Assembly (NCBI GenBank): GCA_023213395.1
Contig: CM041465.1
Span: 96,417,741-96,481,740, forward strand
Length of the DNA stretch: 64,000 nucleotides
Direction of reading: 5' to 3'
DNA from: Cycas panzhihuaensis
Lineage: Eukaryota > Plantae > Cycadophyta
In this document: piece after piece, positions 24,701-38,685 of the stretch
How positions within the stretch are numbered: the first letter of the stretch is position 1
Layout: each line of letters opens with the position of its first letter
Notes under the pieces: generated by a model
The model's input: the letters and a program-made list of their open reading frames with translations, nothing else
Databases searched by the model: none
Told to the model about the DNA's origin: nothing
Position numbers and translations under genes: made by a program

Positions 24701-27700
24701 GGCTACGAGAGTAGCAAGAGGACATCCTTAGGATCAGTTTCCATCCCTTTCAACCTTAAGGATAAAATTGTCCTTACTAATATAGTAGTCCTTAATGTTG
24801 ATGCAAATTACAACCTTCTATTAGGACACCCATGGCTCAAATAAATGGGAGTTATATGCTCATCCCGTTGGGAGCAACTCAAATTCATCCATGAAGGGCA
24901 AATGAAAATTATCTTCTAAGAATCACTTCCTATCAGATCATCTCATCAATTGTGTCGGTGGCACACAAGCTAGCCAAGGGTAATGAGGATCCATTTACCC
25001 CTTCCCTCACCTACTCGACTGATGTCTCTAGTGTTCCTAAAGTAGAGGGAAGATCTCTTCCTTCCTCCTCAAATCTAATCTACTTTACCCCTATCGATGT
25101 AGGAAGTTATGGGTACCTTGCTATCATGAGTGATCGCGAGTGTGACGATAAGTATGAGGAACCTCCTCATCCCATATCCCTCATCAACATCTGTAGGGGG
25201 CATCCCCCTCAATTCCTTTCGACCCCCAAACCCTGACCTAGGACTCCTCTAGCAAATTATACTACTTCTAGTACATCCTAGGAGCCAAGCATGGTTACTC
25301 CTATTACGTGCATGAGTTCCTGCCTGACCTCATCTTCATTCTCTCCTTGGAATTTGTTATCCCCTATAGGTGACAAGGATGAGGAGTCCCCTTTACTACA
25401 TAATGACTCCATAGCTTGCGACCCAAATCCTAGCCGACCTCCCCCTCTATATAACAGGGCATAACAACATAAAAAGATACCCTTTAACTCCTCTAAGAAG
25501 TCTCCTAATTATATAGAGTGATGGATCAATTATTACAGACTCATCACTCCTCCTTCACCTCACCTTTTGTTCCCGTTAAGTAAGACTATCCATGGATAGA
25601 TTACTTCAAGAATGATAAGGCCCTGCTAGAGCATTGAGTGGGTTCTATGCCTAACCTTCCTTCTAGACACTATAGGCTTGGTTTCTGGAAATGTCTAGCC
25701 TTGGGATCACCACTAACAAACCTAAATCAGCTTGACAGCCCTCCACTCCCTTCCATTAACCAAGCTTCCCTTCACTTCGAAGAGAGGAATACTATGTGCA
25801 CGAGGCCAACTAAGGACATCATCCATGCCCCCAATAAGGTTGTCAAGGTTGGAGCAGATTGTACTAGTTCCTAGAGTTCTGTGACATCTTTATGTGAGAT
25901 TATTTAGACATGAAGGGAATAGACCCCTCCATCATCACCCATAACCTTATAATCATCTCAGGCATCTGCCATGTGTGGTAGAAACAATGCCCTCTTCACC
26001 CTAAACTCTCTACTATCATAAAGATGGAAATGGAGAAGCTCCTAGATACTAGGCTAATTACTTCCATTGATTACCCCAAATAGGTATCCAACATCATTCC
26101 TGTCACCAAGAAGAATATGACAATTCAAATTTATATCAATTTCTGGGATATAAACAATGCATGTCCTAAAGATAACTTCCCCCTACCATTCATTGATCAA
26201 ATTATTGAATGAATTGTGGGCTTTAAAGTCATATCCTTAATGGATGGCTTTATTAGATATATCCAAATCTAGATATTCCCTAAAAACTTCCATAAGACGG
26301 CTTTCGCTACCCCATGGGGCATGTTTGCCTACAAGGCTATGCCCTTCAGGCTAAAGAACGCAGGTGTCATTTACCAAAGGGTAATGCAGTTCATCTTCCA
26401 TGACCTTATAAACAAAACCCTTAAGGTTTTCATGGATGACATGATGGGCCTCTCCTACAAAAGGACCGATCACCTTATAGACTTATGTGTTATTTCCACA
26501 AGGTTCTACAAATACCATGTTAGCCTGAACCCGTTTAATGTATGTTTGTAGTGACTATTGGTAAGCTCTTAGGTTTCCTTGTCTCTAAACAAGGGATCCA
26601 AATCGACCCTAACATGGTCAAAGTTGTCCTTGATATGCCTCATCTAAAAATGTAATGATAAATCAAGTCATTCTTAGATAGGCTAGCCTTCTTTAGGTGT
26701 TTTTTGGTAAATTTCACCATAAATGCTAAGCCTCTGACTAAACTATTAAAGAAGGGGGGCTTATTTATATGGTCCTCTAAAGCCTAGGAGGTGTTCTAGG
26801 AGCTTAAAAGAGTCCTAGTCTCTGCCCTTATTTTGGCACCCCCTATCTTTAACCGCCCATTCATCGTATATACCTCAGCTACCGATGAGTCCTTGTAGGG
26901 CATATTAGCCCAAGAAGATGACTTTAGGACTGAGAGAGTCATATATTTCATCACTCACATGTTAGTGGCAGCTGAGCTAAATTACCCTCCTATAAAAAAG
27001 GATTGTTTAGCCTTGGTCCATGTAGCCAAGAAGTTTAAGCATTACCTCTTGGGAAATACCACCTATGTGATCGTCTAAACTAATATGTTAAGGTACCTCC
27101 TAGCCTAGTCTAACTTGACTAGGAGGACGGGCAGATGGGTCCTCCTCCTCCAAGTATACAATCTCAAGATTATTAAAAAAAAAAAACATAAGAAAGGAAT
27201 CGTGGTTGCTGAGCAACTAGCCAATGCCCCTGTCTCGAATCGCTTAAGCCTTCGATTAGTGATTCATTGCCCGATGAGCCCATCCTGACCTTCTAGGATT
27301 TGTCTTCCCATCCACTAGCCATTAACGAATGGTATGGGGATATTATACAGTACCTTACCCAACAACAATATCCTTCTAATGCCAGTAACAAAGTAAAGTC
27401 ACGTGTTATAGCTACTACCAGGCAATACTTCCTCATAGAGGAGGTATTATTTAAGAGGTCCTTTAATAGAGTCCTCCTTCATTGCATCAGCCCTGATGAA
27501 GTAAGCCAAATCCTCTATGAATGTCATGGAGACATTTGTGAAGGCCATTTCAAGGGCCAATCCATGGCCTAAAGGAACCTCTATATGGGCTACTTTTGGC
27601 CGTCCCTCTTTAAGAATACCCACATTTATATGCAACATTATCGCAAGTTCCAAGAGCATACCAATGTGATCCATTTACCTTCTGAGGCCCTCCACCCTAT

Positions 27701-28577
27701 TATCTCCCCATGGCCTTTCTCCTAATGGGGCCTAGACCTCATTGGAGCCATTACTCCTCCTTCCTCATCCTAACATAAATTCATCTTGATGGTAATAGAA
27801 TACTTTACCAAATGGACTGAAGTTATTATGTTAACCTCTACTACCGGCAAGACAATTGCCACCTTCATCTACCAATACATTATTTGTCGATTCAGGGTCC
27901 CCGACATTCTAATCATAGATAATGACATCCTTTTCTTTAACAAAGAAATAGATGAACTCTATGAGAAATTCAAGATATCTCACAAGACTTTATCTCCCTA
28001 CTACCCCCAGGCCAATGGTAAAATCAAGTCATTTAATAAGATACTTATCAATATTTTGAAGAAGATGGTTGCCTAATCCTAAAGGAATTGTCATCTTTAG
28101 CTTCATTCTGCCCTATGGGCCTATTAGACATATATTTGTACTACAATGGGAATTACCCCATTCTCCCTAGTATACAAGATGGAAGTAGTCCTACCTCTAG
28201 AGGTTGAGATCCCCTCCTTAAGAGTTTCCTTTAGGGGCCTCATTGATAAGAAGTCCTACCGCTAGACTCGCCTCCTAGACCTTGAAGCCCTAGACGAGAA
28301 GCGCTTGGTCGCGTACCAAGCAAATCTCACTTCCAAGGCTAGGGCACATAAGACATATGACAAATGTCTATGTCCTCACCTCTAAAACCCTAGAGACCAA
28401 GTCCTAAAACTATAGTACCTCCACAATCGATTATTTAAATTTCGCCCTAAATGGATGGCCCCCTTCATCGTCCTTGAGAGCCTTGATAATGGTGCATATA
28501 AGATAGTAACGTTGGAAGGGCTTAAATTTTACAAAGTCGTAAACGACAAGTTCCTAAAGAAATTCTATAAACAATAA
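21750..28577 (+). pseudogene. Tat-2 gag-pol (Pro/Ser-rich N-terminus, gag, PR, RT, RH, INT), degraded
   Basis: VPKFDG..ACINY (gag); IIVDNGSSVNLIP (PR); MPFRLKNAGVIYQR..FMDD (RT); ECHGDICEGHF, EYFTKWTEV, YYPQANG (INT). Confidence 0.9.
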
Positions 28578-29250
28578 GTTCCTAAGGAAATTCTATGTAT
28601 GACCTCTTCTACTCCTGAGTAGAATATGTGCCTTTCCTTTACTCTGAAATAAGCATAAACTACCTCCCAAATGCTTCGCCACACCTTCATATTAGGGGCA
28701 TGACGCGTGTTTGGATCTTAGGTCATCTTGTATATTAATGAGGAACCCACACCCCTTTTTGTAGGAGTTGTTTACTCCCTTTGACAACAAGGCACTCCCT
28801 CCTTTTTGTTCATATATTTGTAGTTGTTCAATTGTATTGATTCACTAGCACACCCATGGTTAGGGTTTCGTCTAAGGATGTAACTTAGCCTACTTTTTAG
28901 CATAAGTCGCTTGGGAAATCCCTTGGAGATAGTCCATACCCCTACTTTGATTATTTCTTAGAGTATCCATACCTATATAGTTGCTTTCCAAGCAGGATCC
29001 CTATATCCCATCCGAGGGACATGCATGATCCCCTCGCCCTAGCCTCGTGCGAGATCACCTACCATATTGGGTGATTGTGTGTGCCTGGTATGAGTGCCAT
29101 TCTACATAAAAGAAGGCATTTAAGTTAAAAGCATCTATATATACATGATAGGATAGAATATAAATCAATTTATACTATGATCTCTACATCCACACATCCA
29201 GAATCATCAAAATAGGTAAAGTATGTCAAAGTGGGATACTAATGTGGCCC

Positions 29251-29252
<2 letters not shown>

Positions 29253-29331
<79 letters not shown>
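29253..29331. repeat. (AC)n microsatellite
   Basis: ~39 perfect AC units. Confidence 0.98.
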
Positions 29332-29337
<6 letters not shown>

Positions 29338-29499
29338 CACATATATACATACGCACACACACAAAATAAGTAATAATACAATGTTAGCAATGTGCCTAAG
29401 AAAGCCAGAATCCTTGTAGAGGGAGTACAATCATGCACCTATGTGTGGTGAAGAATCCCCTAAAGGTTTGAAGCTTTTCCGTTAAAATTTGTAGCACAA

Positions 29500-31942
29500 T
29501 AATCTCATAAATGCCCTGCCCTGATGGCGTGTCATCCCCTACCCTACCTACTCCCTCGCTTAGAGACCACATCCCTCCTAGGCTCCTCCAACATCTCTAC
29601 GAGGTCCTAACCTCACTCTCCTCATCTCGTGCTCTCTACTAGGTTGGTGTCATCGTGTGGCTCTAGTTATGCATTGATCAGATAGCCATCTAGTCGACTA
29701 GGCATTCATATCACTATTATAGATGATCCCTCTAAGTTAGTATATGGCCCCTCTCATCCGCCAAGTGATCCCACTCCCTCTCCATCCTGTAGAGCCTCTC
29801 CTTTAGTATTGTGACATGAACATCACCTCCTGTATCAGCTCCTTTACCTTGTGCCTAGACCTCTAACTCCCACACTTGGGCCTATAGTAGGTCCCTCTCA
29901 ACTTGCTTATTATCTCGCTCTCCCCACAATTAGTCTCTCTCCCTTTATAACTAATGCCTCTCTATGTGCAATTGGTCTCAGTCATACTATAGCTAGCTCT
30001 CTCTCACTTGGTGCTCTTAGGCCTCTGCAGCCCACATGTCTTGTGCTTATACCAAGGGAGTGAAAGCTACCACATGTTGCCCCACCGATAAAAGCCCCCC
30101 ACTATTTATGATAAGAGGCTGCCCCTCCTCATACATGCATAGGAATAACTCCCTAACCACTTGCTCCACCAGCCTCTCTATCTCTACTCCACCTGTCATC
30201 TATACACATCAGAATATCAATACAAGGTGTACATAGTAATCCATCAAGCAAAATTATAATCAACCTCTAGCTACTTATCAAATAACTAAAAATCAAAAGT
30301 TGTAATTAACTAGAAAAAGGGAGAATCTCATCTCATGGAGTAGTTGGCACCTCCTCGACCACTACATCCTTCATTGTTGCTGCCATGCCCTCTTCTCCTA
30401 GCTCCTCCTCCCTTAGGGTGGCAAGTACGTCATCTTTGTCCTCTACTCCAACAACCTCCTCTCATCTTACTACGACTGGATCTATCTCCTTAGCTATCAA
30501 TGGCCCTACACCTCCCTTTGAGCCCGCTGCAATAGCTTCATCCTCTCCCTCATCATCAAAATCATCTCTTGGGTCCTCACCTAACTCCCCTCTGTTTGCA
30601 TCACTCTTCAAGTGGATGGCATGGTAAGGATCCCTCACATAATTATTGAGGATGAGTAAATCCAAGAGAGGTGGTTGCTACTAAATGCCTAACATGCCCT
30701 AGCTTCGCTGCACCCTAGAAATGGGTTTGCCATTGATAAACTGTGGCACACTAGCTAATGTAGGTTGTGGCCCTGTTATTGGGGCTACTCCTTTGAAATG
30801 GTTGAAGAATCAACACTGGAGTAGTGTATAGTATGAGAAACTATCTCTCCCTACTAATTTGATCTGGTCCAGTTGGGCTGTGACATTAGCTACTATCAGC
30901 ATGGCCCAGTCGAAGCACTCCCCTGCCTAGTATCTTTGTATAATGGTCATCCATCCCCCACGTATGTCTCTGTAATTTTATTTCTGGGAAATTTGGAATA
31001 GAATAGAAAAAGTGATGAGTTTCCTCACGTTGGGAACTCTTAACGAAGCTATAGACATGACTAAGATCCCTCTGTGATCCCATCTACCTCTCCCTGTGAA
31101 GAATTTGGCTGCCTCATGGTGAGCAACATCTATGCTAGGTAAGGTCCCCAATGCCATTGGTGCCCCACTAGCCGACACTCCCATGATCCACTTGAATTTA
31201 GCAGGAGTAATGCTAACATCCCCCACCAATGGGAGATGGAAAATATGTATGCATTGATCCTAGTGCAAGATGATATCGACTAAGAGCCCTTGATTTGATG
31301 CGTATTGGGGCATCCGTAGAATCTTGAGCAGTCCATAATGCCTCAAGATAGTCTACTCATGCCTATCCATGAGCTCGATGAAGTTTGTCATCGTTATCCC
31401 TACATTCTCGTGATTATCTATTATAAGAACGGGCTGCATAAACATCCAAAAAGCCAAGTGTTAGTCATATGTTAATCTTTTGGCAATTCAAAGTCCCTCC
31501 TAAGGGTCCAAAGCAAGCAAATCCCAGCCAGAAAATATTAAAATCTAATCCCTTTTTTTTCTTTTTTCAAATTTTCTGTTTCCTCACCGTAGATATGTTC
31601 ATGGTATCACAAACATATCTGCGTGCCCTGTAGATCTAGTATCATCCCACATGGATATTCGCAGCATCATGAACAGGCTCACGGGGCCACCCCAACCACC
31701 CCTAAAAGCTAAAATCCTCAAGAAAAAAAAAAATCTCAAATCCAGTGGACTGGTCCTGGTCCACTAGGACTAGGCCTCCTAATGCCCTAGTCGAGCCCCT
31801 CCCAGGTCCTCTGATGGGTCCTGAGGGGTCCCGATTACCCTTAAGAGGCCTAAATTCTCTATAAAAAACATTAAATTAAACTTATCAAAAAGCAAGGTTA
31901 GGGTCGTGATCGATGTGTCGGGCCAAGCCTAACCGCTACCAT
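29500..31942 (-). pseudogene. Antisense PMD/coiled-coil gene of Tat-2 (homolog of 14971-17401)
   Basis: Exon 1 MVAVRLGP (ATG 31942). Acceptor tgcag at 31434-31435, then PVLIIDNHENVG...LLVDIILH*DQCIHIFHLPLVGDVSITP..FFTGRGRWD..RVPNVRKLITF. Last exon EIERLVEQVVRELF..; C-terminal RSLGGMWS..GDDTP. 3' end approximate. Confidence 0.8.
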
Positions 31943-32645
31943 CACTCATTCCATGTCATGAAAACTACCTTCGTGTTGCAACCCAACGGTTGAATCTCCT
32001 GTACTGAGCATGTAAAAGTAGGGTAAATATGGACACTCTAGAAATAAATCTCTAAATTATACAAGGAATAGCGAAAATGAATCTTATGTTTGCCCCCTCG
32101 TCCCCTTTTATTTGTGGGGGCATCTGAGGCACTGTGCCCTTTCTCCCCTATGAGACAGCCACCAAGATCATTTCCTTGGGCCAGTCTTTGATCCCTTTAA
32201 GGCTTTGGTCCATTCTTAGCCCTAAACCCATTATTTCTCTGTTGTTTCATGTATTTATAACATCATGTCCTGTCTTCCTCATGGGCCCTTCTTCTCGATT
32301 TTCGCTCTACCTTGAAAGCTATTGGTATCTATACTCGGTTAGTTCATTTTGATGCCTAGAATCTATTTTTGTCATCTATTTAGGCCCTTAAGGCTCCTAA
32401 TGGAACCTCCTCCTTGCTTAGGGACCTAGTTGGCCCTGTACCAACCCTGGAAACCCATCAAGGAACTCGTTTCCGTGATAGCTCTCACCCATCCATTGGG
32501 CGGGCCCTTTGTAAACCTAGTAGCATATCCCCAGGGCTCTCCTATCCTCCTGTGGGTGGTTTTCCAAGTTATCGTGAGCCTCTTATCCCCCACTTCGCTT
32601 CTTGTAGCCTCTACTTTCATACAAAATAAGATCTTTCTATTTACC

Positions 32646-33078
32646 ATAACTTTACTCATCTATACAAATGGTGATAGTTGTGGTAACTTGGGACTTTCTG
32701 TGACTGTGTGGATCATCTGTGATTCTTCTAAACATGACTTCATGTGTTCTAGGATCTATTTACCTGATGCCACGAATAATGAAACTAAGTATATAACTGT
32801 TATCGAGGCTCTTGTCGATTGCACTTCACTTTCATCGTGGCCCCATTGTTCTTCATTATGACTATGAAGTCATGGTATTGTAACTAACTCAAGTCTACTA
32901 AATTTGTTGCCCCCGGCTAAGGTCCCTTGCCTCAACTGCAAGGACTCTTTTATCCTCTTTCTCCTTAGTGGATATCTAATATATCCCTCATGACCAGGAT
33001 GTCGAGGCTGATAGTCTCGTCCATTTTATCTTGGAGCGTTGTCTCTCCTCTTTGGATGACTTGTCATCGAGCTCATAG
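32646..33078 (+). pseudogene. Stand-alone aRH of Tat-2
   Basis: ITLLIYTNGDSCGN..ATNNETKYITVIEAL..YIPHDQDVEADSL; starts at an ATA aligned with the Tat-3 ATG. Confidence 0.82.
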
Positions 33079-33606
33079 GTTGACCCTTCTCTTGAAAAGT
33101 TTGTTACATTTATCCTTTCCCTTATACCTCTGAAAACAAGCCATTTACGAGGTTAAACTATGGTAACTACAGGTTTGTTCTTTACTTTACTCCTGTATCG
33201 CCCATGGTACAACTTTTTGTATATTTCCAATTTATGTTTCCATATTTCTAGACTATGTTTACATTTTAGATTATATTTGCATTGCATATGAAGGCGATGG
33301 GGCATCCCCTCATCTCCTTCCTCCTTCATACTTCCCTCTTAGGTGTTGTATGGGCGATGCCACCTTGTTTCCACTCCACGTGTGCCTTAGGTTTAAGGCT
33401 TCGTACCCTAAGGATTGAGCAGGTCACACCTCTCTATCCTTGCCCAAGCGTACATCACCCATTCATGCCATCTAACCTGATGCTTTCCACTCACATTGGA
33501 CAATGACATATTAACATAGGCAGGTTTTACTAACTAGTTTTGTATTGACAGCATTCACCATCATCTGGTGCTTCCAAGTGATGAGGTTCTGCTACTAAGG
33601 GAGCAG

Positions 33607-35098
33607 TGTTTCTCGACCACTAGGAATGGATTGGGATGACACAATAACATACCTTAACTTTTGGTTGTCCTACAGTAACATACCTTTGCTTTTGGTTTGG
33701 TTACTATCTCGATTGTTTCTATTTCTTTCATTTTTGTTTCTTTCCTAGTTTACTTGTTTGGAACTCGAGGAAGGTAAGGAAGCCCCGCCAAGACTCTACT
33801 GACAACACTTACGATAATAAGAGAAGTGAAGTTGCTGATGAAGAGGGTACGTGGAGAAAGAGTTGCGCCACTTCATCAACTATCTCATATATGGGTGCAC
33901 TCCGTCCAACCTTTTCTCTCTTTACTTCTTTCACTCCCTTTTACCCTTAAATAAAAATATATCGAAAAGAAAGTATTCTATTTTGTGTTTTTTTTTTGTA
34001 CTTGCATATCGTATAAAGAAGGAAAGCATAACATAAACTAAGCACCCTTTCTCCTGCATTAGAAACAAAGTTTTGCATATTTCCTCTTTCCTTTTGACCC
34101 TACACATTGTATATTGAAAAGATAAAAGGAAAGTGCACTTGATTCCTCCCTTGCACAAATAGGAGATATTGTCATATCCCTCTTATTAGTTGCATTAAGA
34201 AAAGGAACTAGTTGCACATAGGTGATGATTGTATTCTCTCTCTTTCCTTTCATCCCCTTAAATAATCCTTTGAGAGAAAAGGAAATGAGAGTGAGGGAGA
34301 GTAGCGAGGTTGTTTTATTGCACTTATTTACTTATTTCCAAAATATTACAATAATTACCATTATTGCAACACAAACCCATTTCTACAAATAAGAAAACAA
34401 CTATTCTCTTTTTCTCGCCTTCCCTACGCTCAAAGAAAAGCATAAACCCTAGTTGTAACTAAATGAGTGTGTCATCCTCTCACTTCTTACAACTTAGCTC
34501 TCCAAGAGTAAATACTTGAAATGCCAAACTACATACTTTAAAACCCTTGCTTGCAAAAAATCGTAGGCAACAAACATATAAACAAACAACTAAAAGTAGG
34601 ATAAGTAAGTGACTTTTAAAGCCTTTTGTTACCCCTTAGGTGCCTAGCACACAGCTTCACCTTCTCGCAACTTTATAGGAAGTTTCCTCACCAATAACCA
34701 CTTTTTGATAATCATGACACGCCTTATGCCATCTCCCTTAGCAAATAGTGATAATCTTCTAGTTTCCAGGGTTCCTCCCCCATAAGGAACTATTGCTCCT
34801 TATTCTCTTCCTCAAAAGAGGCATTTTTCCTCTTTCTTTCACCTTAAGGGTAGGAGAGCCCTACCTTAGCTACTTGGCAACCCGATGATGCCCCTTATTC
34901 TTTTATCCTTTATATGAAGAGGATTCTCGAAAGGAAGGTGGCTCATGCTTGATTATGTGTCTTTGAACCTATGTTTCGACACATAGACGCCCTTCAAGGG
35001 TGTTTTAGCTATTTCTTCCCTTCTCTTCTTTGCCTTGATTAGCCCCCATAGTTAGTAGCATAGATAAAGCATGTGACCCTACTAGAGGCATGCCTCTA
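33607..35098 (+). repeat. Tat-2 3' LTR (1.5 kb; lacks ~1.8 kb present in the 5' LTR)
   Basis: TG start after PPT; end gcctcta followed by the TSD. Confidence 0.9.
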
Positions 35099-35103
35099 AT
35101 ACC

Positions 35104-36990
35104 CATGTCCATGAGCTTGGTTGTGAGTTTTTCAATTTCATTCTTTTCAAAGTATAAGTTACAGTAGGGTCTCATGTTAATAGGGTCGTGATTGGATTAG
35201 AGGTCAATTATGTAATAGAAGCCACAATCAGGTGGGGTAGTGGCAGGCAAAGGGACAAATACTTGCTCATATTGGATAATGATATCCTAAATGCATATGT
35301 GAATTTATAGTTTGATTTAAATACTGTTAAGGTGAACTATATATCATAAATAAGATTAAAGATGGCATTTCATGCGTTCTAGAGAGACCACATGGTTAGG
35401 AGAGGATTGCATCCCATAAATTTTGTGATTTTAACCCATTTAGTATTTGAAAGTGATGAATAGGTTAGTGGGTGAGTTATTCATATTATAGGTTCCTATG
35501 GTTTATAACCATTAAATCCCTAAGATAACATCAGACCCTCCTATCAATAAGCCATAGAAATCTAACACCAAAAGGTAGGAGCTGATTTAGACTTGAAGGT
35601 TTTTAATAACACTAGTGCAATGGAGCTTTTAGTGCCCTAGCAGAGAAAAGATTAAGCTAGTTTTTAGTACTATATATAGGTTAAATTTTTAGGCTATAGA
35701 GATATCAAGGAAATTGAGTGATGCTACCATTAGTTAGGATTGACATTGGAGTGTTGCGAAGAATGCCTTTGATGTGTAAGGGTTCAGGATAAGAGATGGT
35801 GGTGACAGTGGATAAGGATACTTCAGGATGAGGGTTTGGGGTGCGGTCATCATAGGTTTCATCTTTAGCCTTGTGTTTAGAGTTAGAGTTAAAGGATTCG
35901 TTACAAGATAGGGATGGATTAATCGAAAAAACCATGCATCATGCCTTACAAAAATGGTCATGCCTAAAAGTCCATCTTTCTACATATTACATACAAAGGC
36001 TGGCCTCTAGTCGAGGTTGTGCTTTAGCTTAAGAAATTCAGACTTTTTTGGTAGAGTAAGTCGTCATTCTGCCAGTTGGTAGCTAGGCAAGTGGGATCAT
36101 CCTATTGTAGTCTAAGACATGTGAAGTCAAATTAAGAATGGATGACATCATTAGATTAGGGTCATGGTTGCTGAAAGTTTGACTTTCGAGTGCATGAGAA
36201 CCAAGAGTTATTCTAACGAATAGTTGAGGGTCTATATGTTACAAGTTTGACCTCTACTACTTGATCCTACTTGAATGCTTTCTTAAGGGAGTAAATTGCC
36301 ATTGTCTTTAGTCTCATCTAAATGCAATCTTAGAATCTAACTATATAAATATCGATCACTATTTATTTGTCCAAGTTTTCACTTTGTGGCAAGCGATTGT
36401 ATAAATCTTGGAATTCATTAGTGTAGGCCTCCACTATTATAGTCTATTTAAGCCAAGTGAGTTGCATGAAGAAGGATTAACTCCATATGTCCTCCTATTA
36501 TTCAAAGAAATAGCTAGTGAAGTGGGACCATATTAGGTGGGAGGGATAATCTCGTTTCAACCAGTTGAACCAATGGTGGGATAATCCATCTAAGTAGATA
36601 GAGGCGTATAAGAGTTGATCTTCCTATAACATTGAGTAGAATGTGAAGTATGATTCCAACTTGTTAATCCAACTCTGAGTGCACACTCTATTCACATCCG
36701 AATCAAAGGTAGGAATATTGATTTTATGGTGAAAAAGAGGTTACCTTGGTGGGTAGGCTCTTGTAGGTGGATTGCTTCCTTGAAAGGGGGGAGGTTGGTT
36801 GTTTATCATATTAGAAGTCTCTGTGCTTTGGAGTTAAGGTTGCAACAACTGTTGGATTTGTGCAAGCATGTCTAATTTGGTGTCATTGAGATCTAATTTT
36901 ATAGGAGTGCCATTAAATCTACTATTGACCTTTTATTTAAAGTTATTCAAGTCATTAATTAAGTTAACATTTTTTTCTCCTTATGTTTTT
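35104..36990 (-). pseudogene. Chromovirus gag, protease and RT N-terminus
   Basis: NIPTFDSD..WINKLESYF..HWFNW (gag); LHIKGILRNTPMSIL (PR start); PINMRPY..EKNEIEKL (RT start). Confidence 0.8.
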
Positions 36991-37472
36991 TCCATTAGAG
37001 TTATAGAAGAAGCTTAAAAAAGTGGGAATGACAAGAAAGAAGGGAAATGGACAAAGTGGGATAAATCAAGAAAGAACGGGATGTAAGAACTACAAAGTTG
37101 TTACAGGGAAGAGAAAGGGATAAATAGGGGGATACATGGTGTTTATAGCCTATTGATCCCAAAAATTACATAAAGAGAATATCTGGCCTATATGGAGGAG
37201 CGTAAAAGGCTCACATAAATGGGGTATATGAGATTTAAGAGTGAGTTTGAGGTGGTGGGGCCCACTAATGACCTTGTACTGAAAAGCATCAAAATTATTT
37301 ATAAGAACTAACCTAATACAAAATGACCAACACAACGTGTTGATCAAAATAAGGTATATGAGTTGTAAGGGTAGTTTTTATCTATGAACTTGTACCATAA
37401 AGTGTGACTGAGTGGAGTTATTTTTTTCTATTTTTCTTTTTCTTTTCTTTTTTTTCCTATTTTTCTTTTTCA

Positions 37473-37474
<2 letters not shown>

Positions 37475-37512
<38 letters not shown>
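37475..37512. repeat. (CT)n microsatellite in the chromovirus 5' leader
   Basis: Direct inspection. Confidence 0.9.
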
Positions 37513-37517
<5 letters not shown>

Positions 37518-38311
37518 ATCTAATTACACTCATAATTTCTAAATTTAGGTAGTATTATGATTTTTTTTTTAATGTTATATATTGAGATCTTAATTAAGAA
37601 GTGGAGCATGTGAAGTAGGGTGTAAGTTATCAAAGGTATCCTACCAACCATTAGATAATATGTGCTTGGTCTTGTAAGCCTATAAATAAACTTCTAATGT
37701 AAAAGTATGAGGTAGGCAACTTCGTATTATTAACCATTACACTACAAGACTTCAAAGGCTAGTAGTTTGCCTATGTTAGAAAGGATTTGGGACCTATAAG
37801 GGTCCTCCTATATATTCGAAGGTATGTGGAGGCATAATTCCATAGTCAAGTTCTATCTAGGGCTTAGTTTAGGAGTGTTATCTCTAGTCGTTCATGCAAG
37901 AGGTGGAAAAGCCACAATGCACTTAGCTAGAATGATATAAGGTCTCTACCTAATTACTTAGATAGCTGCCAAGCGAAGTTATCTACTCAAGAAAGAGGCA
38001 TAGGAGGGAGAAATGGTAACCACCAAGTGGAGTTATCTACCCTTGGATTGATAACCCAGTACAAAAATTAAAATAAATAAATTAAACTAAAAATGAACGT
38101 AAGGCAAAAATAAAGTACTAAGCATTACTTAGGAGAAGAAATTCCCCTTTTCTCATACTTCTTGCGTTATGTTAGTTTTGTTCCTCAATTTCCATTGAGA
38201 GAGTACTAGGAGATGGTATTTTCTCGATCTTTACTTGGATAGAGAGAGTACTTAATTTGTTATATATTTTTTTTCTAGCCTATTGAACAACTTTCCATGA
38301 TCACGAATGTG

Positions 38312-38323
38312 GCTTTGATACCA
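38312..38323 (-). promoter_or_regulatory. tRNA-iMet primer-binding site
   Basis: rc tggtatcaaagc, 2 bp from the 5' LTR. Confidence 0.9.
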
Positions 38324-38325
38324 CT

Positions 38326-38685
38326 TAGAACATTTCCTTTCAGAAAATCAACCTTGCAAATGTAGGTTAATAGAAATAGAAACCAAATATCACCTTAATG
38401 AAAATAGAATATGCAAACATATCACAAAATGAACACTAAAGGGGGTACCAAAGTACTTTCTCTTCAAAAGATAATAATACTCATCAATCTTTAGAAGTAA
38501 TATTCGACCTTTTAAATAGACATGAGGGGGTCTTCTTCCTTGTGATTCTATTGGTGGCCTTAGCGGCCTTATATCTTATTAGAGAGCTTAGCGACTTGTG
38601 CACAACTCTTAATAACTAATATAAGCCTTTAGCCCTTTAGTGGCTCCCACTTGCTAGTGCTTAAGAAACGTGGGGTTATATTATA
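38326..38685 (-). repeat. Chromovirus 5' LTR
   Basis: Copy of 5785-6135; followed by TSD ATTTG. Confidence 0.92.

Larger units (their letters stand above)
8631..35098 (+). mobile_element. Ty3/gypsy non-chromovirus Tat-like element (Tat-2), inserted in the chromovirus RT; order gag-PR-RT-RH-INT-[antisense PMD]-aRH
   Basis: TSD ATGCC (8626-8630)/ATACC (35099-35103); removing the element restores RT ...KLMDMG|IIQPSKSPY; LTR homology 8631/33607, 10488-10720/33669-33902, 21079-21577/34604-35098; PPT aagggagcag before 33607. Confidence 0.92.
5785..38685 (-). mobile_element. Ty3/gypsy chromovirus, about 6.4 kb of its own sequence, expanded to 32.9 kb by nested Tat insertions
   Basis: Matching LTRs 5785-6135 and 38326-38685; identical 5-bp TSD ATTTG at 5780-5784 and 38686-38690; tRNA-iMet PBS (rc tggtatcaaagc) 38312-38323; PPT 6136-6149; order gag-PR-RT-RH-INT-chromodomain. 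Confidence 0.93.

Noticed and set aside
37621-38063. Possible solo LTR in the chromovirus leader (tgtaagttatcaa...ttgataacccagtaca)
   Set aside because: Imperfect termini, no TSD and no second copy in the window.
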